This document shows, piece after piece, positions 60,597 through 64,000 of a stretch of DNA of 64,000 nucleotides (positions are counted from its first letter, which is position 1; the number at the start of each line of letters is the position of its first letter). The translations under genes were made by a program, and so were the position numbers. Below the pieces are notes generated by a model. That model did not search any database. It was given only the letters and a program-made list of their open reading frames with translations, and was not told where the DNA came from. The DNA is from Spizellomyces punctatus DAOM BR117 (Eukaryota). The stretch is taken from assembly GCA_000182565.2 (NCBI GenBank), contig KQ257462.1. One strand, given 5' to 3'.

Positions 60597-62083
60597 GCAG
60601 ACACTAGAACAATTGTGCACCCAGGTGTGCACCCTTGTGCGCGAGTTGGAGTGGCCGTGCAGAAGGAAACCATGAAAGCGCAAGCGTGCAATGCAGAGAG
60701 AGACGCGCTCGTACGTAAGCAAGCAATAAGCGCGTCATGAGAAATAGACAAGGAATAAAAATTAACTTTTTGCTGAGTGAGAAACTGCGTATTTACCAAA
60801 GCGGGGAATATGCAGAAATAAACAGACAAAATCATTTCAAGGAGTTTACGGTATGCCATGCAAACTTGAAGTGTGCCGTTGGGCTGGGTCCACGACATGT
60901 GAGCAAAAAAAAAAAAACATTTTGCATAAAGATGATTTTTTAATATTTCTCACTTGACATGAGGGCGATATGGGATATTTTCCCCAAGTTTTTATTTGGA
61001 ATAAATTACCTTGCGTTCCGTATCTTGGTAACAAATTTTAGTGGGGGGGGAGTTGTTACTGAAAAGGGCAAGTTGCTATTTGGATGTAGCTTATGGAAAA
61101 CTAGTGAAAATCATTTGTTTCGAATCCCTTTGACCAGAGTTGCCCCATGTTGTACAAGGGTGCGGCTTTGCATGGTGAATTCGAATGCTTGTTTACCAGT
61201 ATAGGAAGGAAGCACGCGTCCATTTAACCATAACAAGTAAATAGTGCAACCACATGCAAGGCGATAGCTCCTTTTTCTCCGTTGTTTGAGATGGCTGCTT
61301 GTTGGGTGGCAAGCGCTTTGTTTCAGAAAGTATCTCTCTCATCTCTCTCTCTGCCTCTCTTTTCTACTTGGTCCATTTTCATTACATTGCTCACCACTCA
61401 ACCACGTCCATCAGAGTAGATGTTTGTGTTTTAACGTGGGAAAAAAACCAAAATGTGTTTTGTTGTTGGGAAAGAGGGGGGGGGGGGGGCTCTTCAGATG
61501 GCGTATTGCTCTCTTTAAAGATCTCTCTCTCTCTCTCTCTCTCTCTCTTACCCAAATAGAAAGAGAGGAATTATCCCTGAATCTTTCTTTTCTCTCTCTC
61601 TTTTTCCCTTGAATTAGAAAGAAGGGAATTCTAACAGTTTGGGTTGAGAGCGTCTACTACTTGCAACTCTTTAAGATTTTCTATCCTTTTATAAAACTCT
61701 CTCTCCTCTCCCTTTTTCCCCCTTTTCCCTTCTCATCCTTCCTTCCCATACGGACACACACGACCACACTTTTCGAACACACACACGACTTTCTGTTGGA
61801 CAATCGGGCTTATTTCAAAGGGCAGGTTCACTTGGATATTTCCCCCTCCTCATTTTACGCTCTTTCCCATCTCATATCGCATTTCACACACACACACACA
61901 CAAACCTCTTGGTCATTATACGCTTTCTTTTTCGCCTCTTTTGTATTTCTGCTACTCAACAACAAACAACGGGGATTCTGCACACGCACACACACGCACA
62001 TCCGCACACACGCATCATCGGACTTATACACTTTAAATCGCTTCCTTTTGCTACTCTTTTGACGACAAGATTTCCTTGCTGTA

Positions 62084-63925
62084 ATGGCCGCTGTATCTGT
62101 TGACCAGAACAGTCTGTACCTTCAGCAGTCATCAACGAGCCCACGGTCATTGCAACGTCCTCACATGCCGCAACAACAACAGCAACAGCAACACCAGCAG
62201 CAACACCAGCAACACCCGCAGAGTGCGAGTGTCCCTAGCGGCCATTCCTTGTAAGTCACGTGTATGATCGAGACTCTGATGGTAATGGAGATTTTAAAAT
62301 GTATGGATGTTTGTAGGCCGTACACGTCTTCCCAAGCGCAGGCGCAGGGACAGACAATGATGGGCTCGCCTACGGTTCCCATGCCAGCCGACTATGCGTC
62401 GCGAAAGCTTTGCATTGATACGGCTGTGACAAGAGGGCCGTACGAAGCGGCTGGCCCGTCGACTTCATACTTTTCGCTCCCAGCCATGCCATCGCCGACT
62501 CGGCGACGACGCGGCGATCATATGGGATCCTTTGCGGTCAGCGTCGGCCCATTTTTCAAGCCAACGAAGCAAATCTACAACATTTACAGCATTGATCGGA
62601 CTCGATTGTACACACTGCGGATCAACCCCAAAGTCGATCGCGGCTTCTTTCTCGCGGACAATGACTGGACATGCTACCGTCGAAATTACTTTCAAGTGTC
62701 GAGCGCCTTTTCGGCTGCCGATGCCCACGGCCAAGAGGTTGAATTGCCTTGTCTCATGGAGATGGATAACAACCTCTACACGGTGACTGGATTCGCACTT
62801 GGCATTTCTGCTCGTGTAGCAAACGGGGAAAAGAAGATTGAACTCGTGCAGCACACACCCAAGCGCGACAAGGGACCGCAACTCATCCCACAGCCAAAGG
62901 TTGTGCGTTCGGGTGGAAACCCTCACCAGTACAATGGCATCGGCACAAACCAGCTCGTCGCCACCTTTGAGCGCCTGCAGTTCAAAACAGCAACGGCCAA
63001 CAATGGCAAGCGCAGAGCCGCTCAACAGTACTACATTTTGATTATTGAGCTCTTTGCTCAGACTGAAAATGGACAACAGTACAAGATTGCCATGACAGAG
63101 TCTGCTCCGCTCGTGGTCAGAGGCCGCAGTCCCGGCCACTATGCTGATGGCAACTTGGACGCTCTGCGCATTTTCCCCGTGGACATGCACTTTGGCCGTC
63201 GTCCCGAATTTTACGGACCCATGACATCGCCCATGTCGCCGTACGGAATGACGTCACCAATGTACTCGCCTGTGACGCCTGGAGGGCAGATGATGTCTCC
63301 TGGAAGTCCGGGGATACCGATTCCATCGCCACATTACCATTCGCACATGCCTGGCGGAGCCAGCATGTCCGCACCCACCGGTCCAGGTGGGCTAGACTTT
63401 GTCCAGCGGGGACACGGCGGTGATGGATCTCATTGGAACCGGGCTCGGGCGCATTCTCTGGCAGAGTCCGACTCTTCTTTCACGACAACGGGAACGAACG
63501 CGACTGCATCCTCTTACAACTCTATCGATTTTGACGAAATTGATCAGTCCGCCATGGGAACGAGCGCTGCAAGCCACCATCATGTTCCTCCCCCGGTCGA
63601 TGTCCAATCACCTCCCTCGTTGTCTCCACAGAGTCCACCTTCTTCCTCGGCAACGTCAGTTAGCGGGCCTGGAGCGCCCATTCATGACCTTGTCTCTCCA
63701 GACAACCGGTCTCCTCACGCTCCTGATGGTCGGAGAAGCTTCCACCCGTACTCAAACATTCCAAGCTGGGTTGAAGAGGCTGGCCCTCGGACGCCCATCA
63801 CTCCCACCACCGAGATTAGCAAAATGATGGGTGGATTCCACTTTAATCAGCTTCAACAACACAAGTACAAGGACGATTACAAGGAGGATTTGATGGCTGC
63901 GAATCCCCCTGTGCCCCTATACTAG
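62084..63925 (+). CDS. NDT80/PhoG-family transcription factor
   Basis: PKVDRGFFLADNDWTCYRRNYFQVS; IELVQHTPKRDKGPQ; FERLQFKTATANNGKRRAAQQY; VVRGRSPGHY. Q-rich first exon from ATG 62084, intron ~62251-62315. Confidence 0.95.
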
Positions 63926-64000
63926 ACGCGAGTATAGATGAGATTTGGCAAAAAGGCTCGACTCTACGCATACCAGCAAAAAGGCATCCACATTGCGCAA

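Noticed and set aside
61330-62010. ORFs and CT/CA/G tracts upstream of NDT80
   Set aside because: Low-complexity promoter/5'UTR microsatellites; the ORFs are compositional artefacts.
1-63925. Argonaute, velvet, YTH and NDT80 as a developmental or meiotic gene cluster
   Set aside because: Spread over 64 kb among unrelated housekeeping genes; no evidence of linkage beyond chance.

Overview
Intron-rich fungal genomic DNA, most likely from a flagellated fungus (chytrid). Fungal markers (velvet, NDT80, Efg1, Hul5/UBE3C-type HECT ligase) sit beside centriole/cilium-associated genes (CCDC148-, LRRC74- and CEP43/FOP-like). Two gene-dense housekeeping arms (1-30 kb and 50.9-64 kb) flank a ~20 kb accessory island (30.2-50.4 kb). 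The island holds an intact cluster at 32-40.7 kb: a ~1,225-aa DUF3659-type repeat ('LEA domain') protein, a Gly/Val-rich small protein, a WDW/WEGF-motif protein, a small protein ending LKLKLELNLDVDVQLKARVHGDITLSLL, and a VOC/glyoxalase-fold gene. I recognise the DUF3659, WDW/WEGF and LNLD types from filamentous ascomycetes, so this is a candidate horizontally acquired, functionally uncharacterised module. Around it are pseudogenes, a tRNA-Cys with many decayed partial copies, and a chromovirus integrase relic. Also present are a decayed ~540-bp tandem array (15.6-18.1 kb), a small secreted cysteine-rich protein and a 100-N assembly gap. All calls come from reading motifs by eye; no searches were run.
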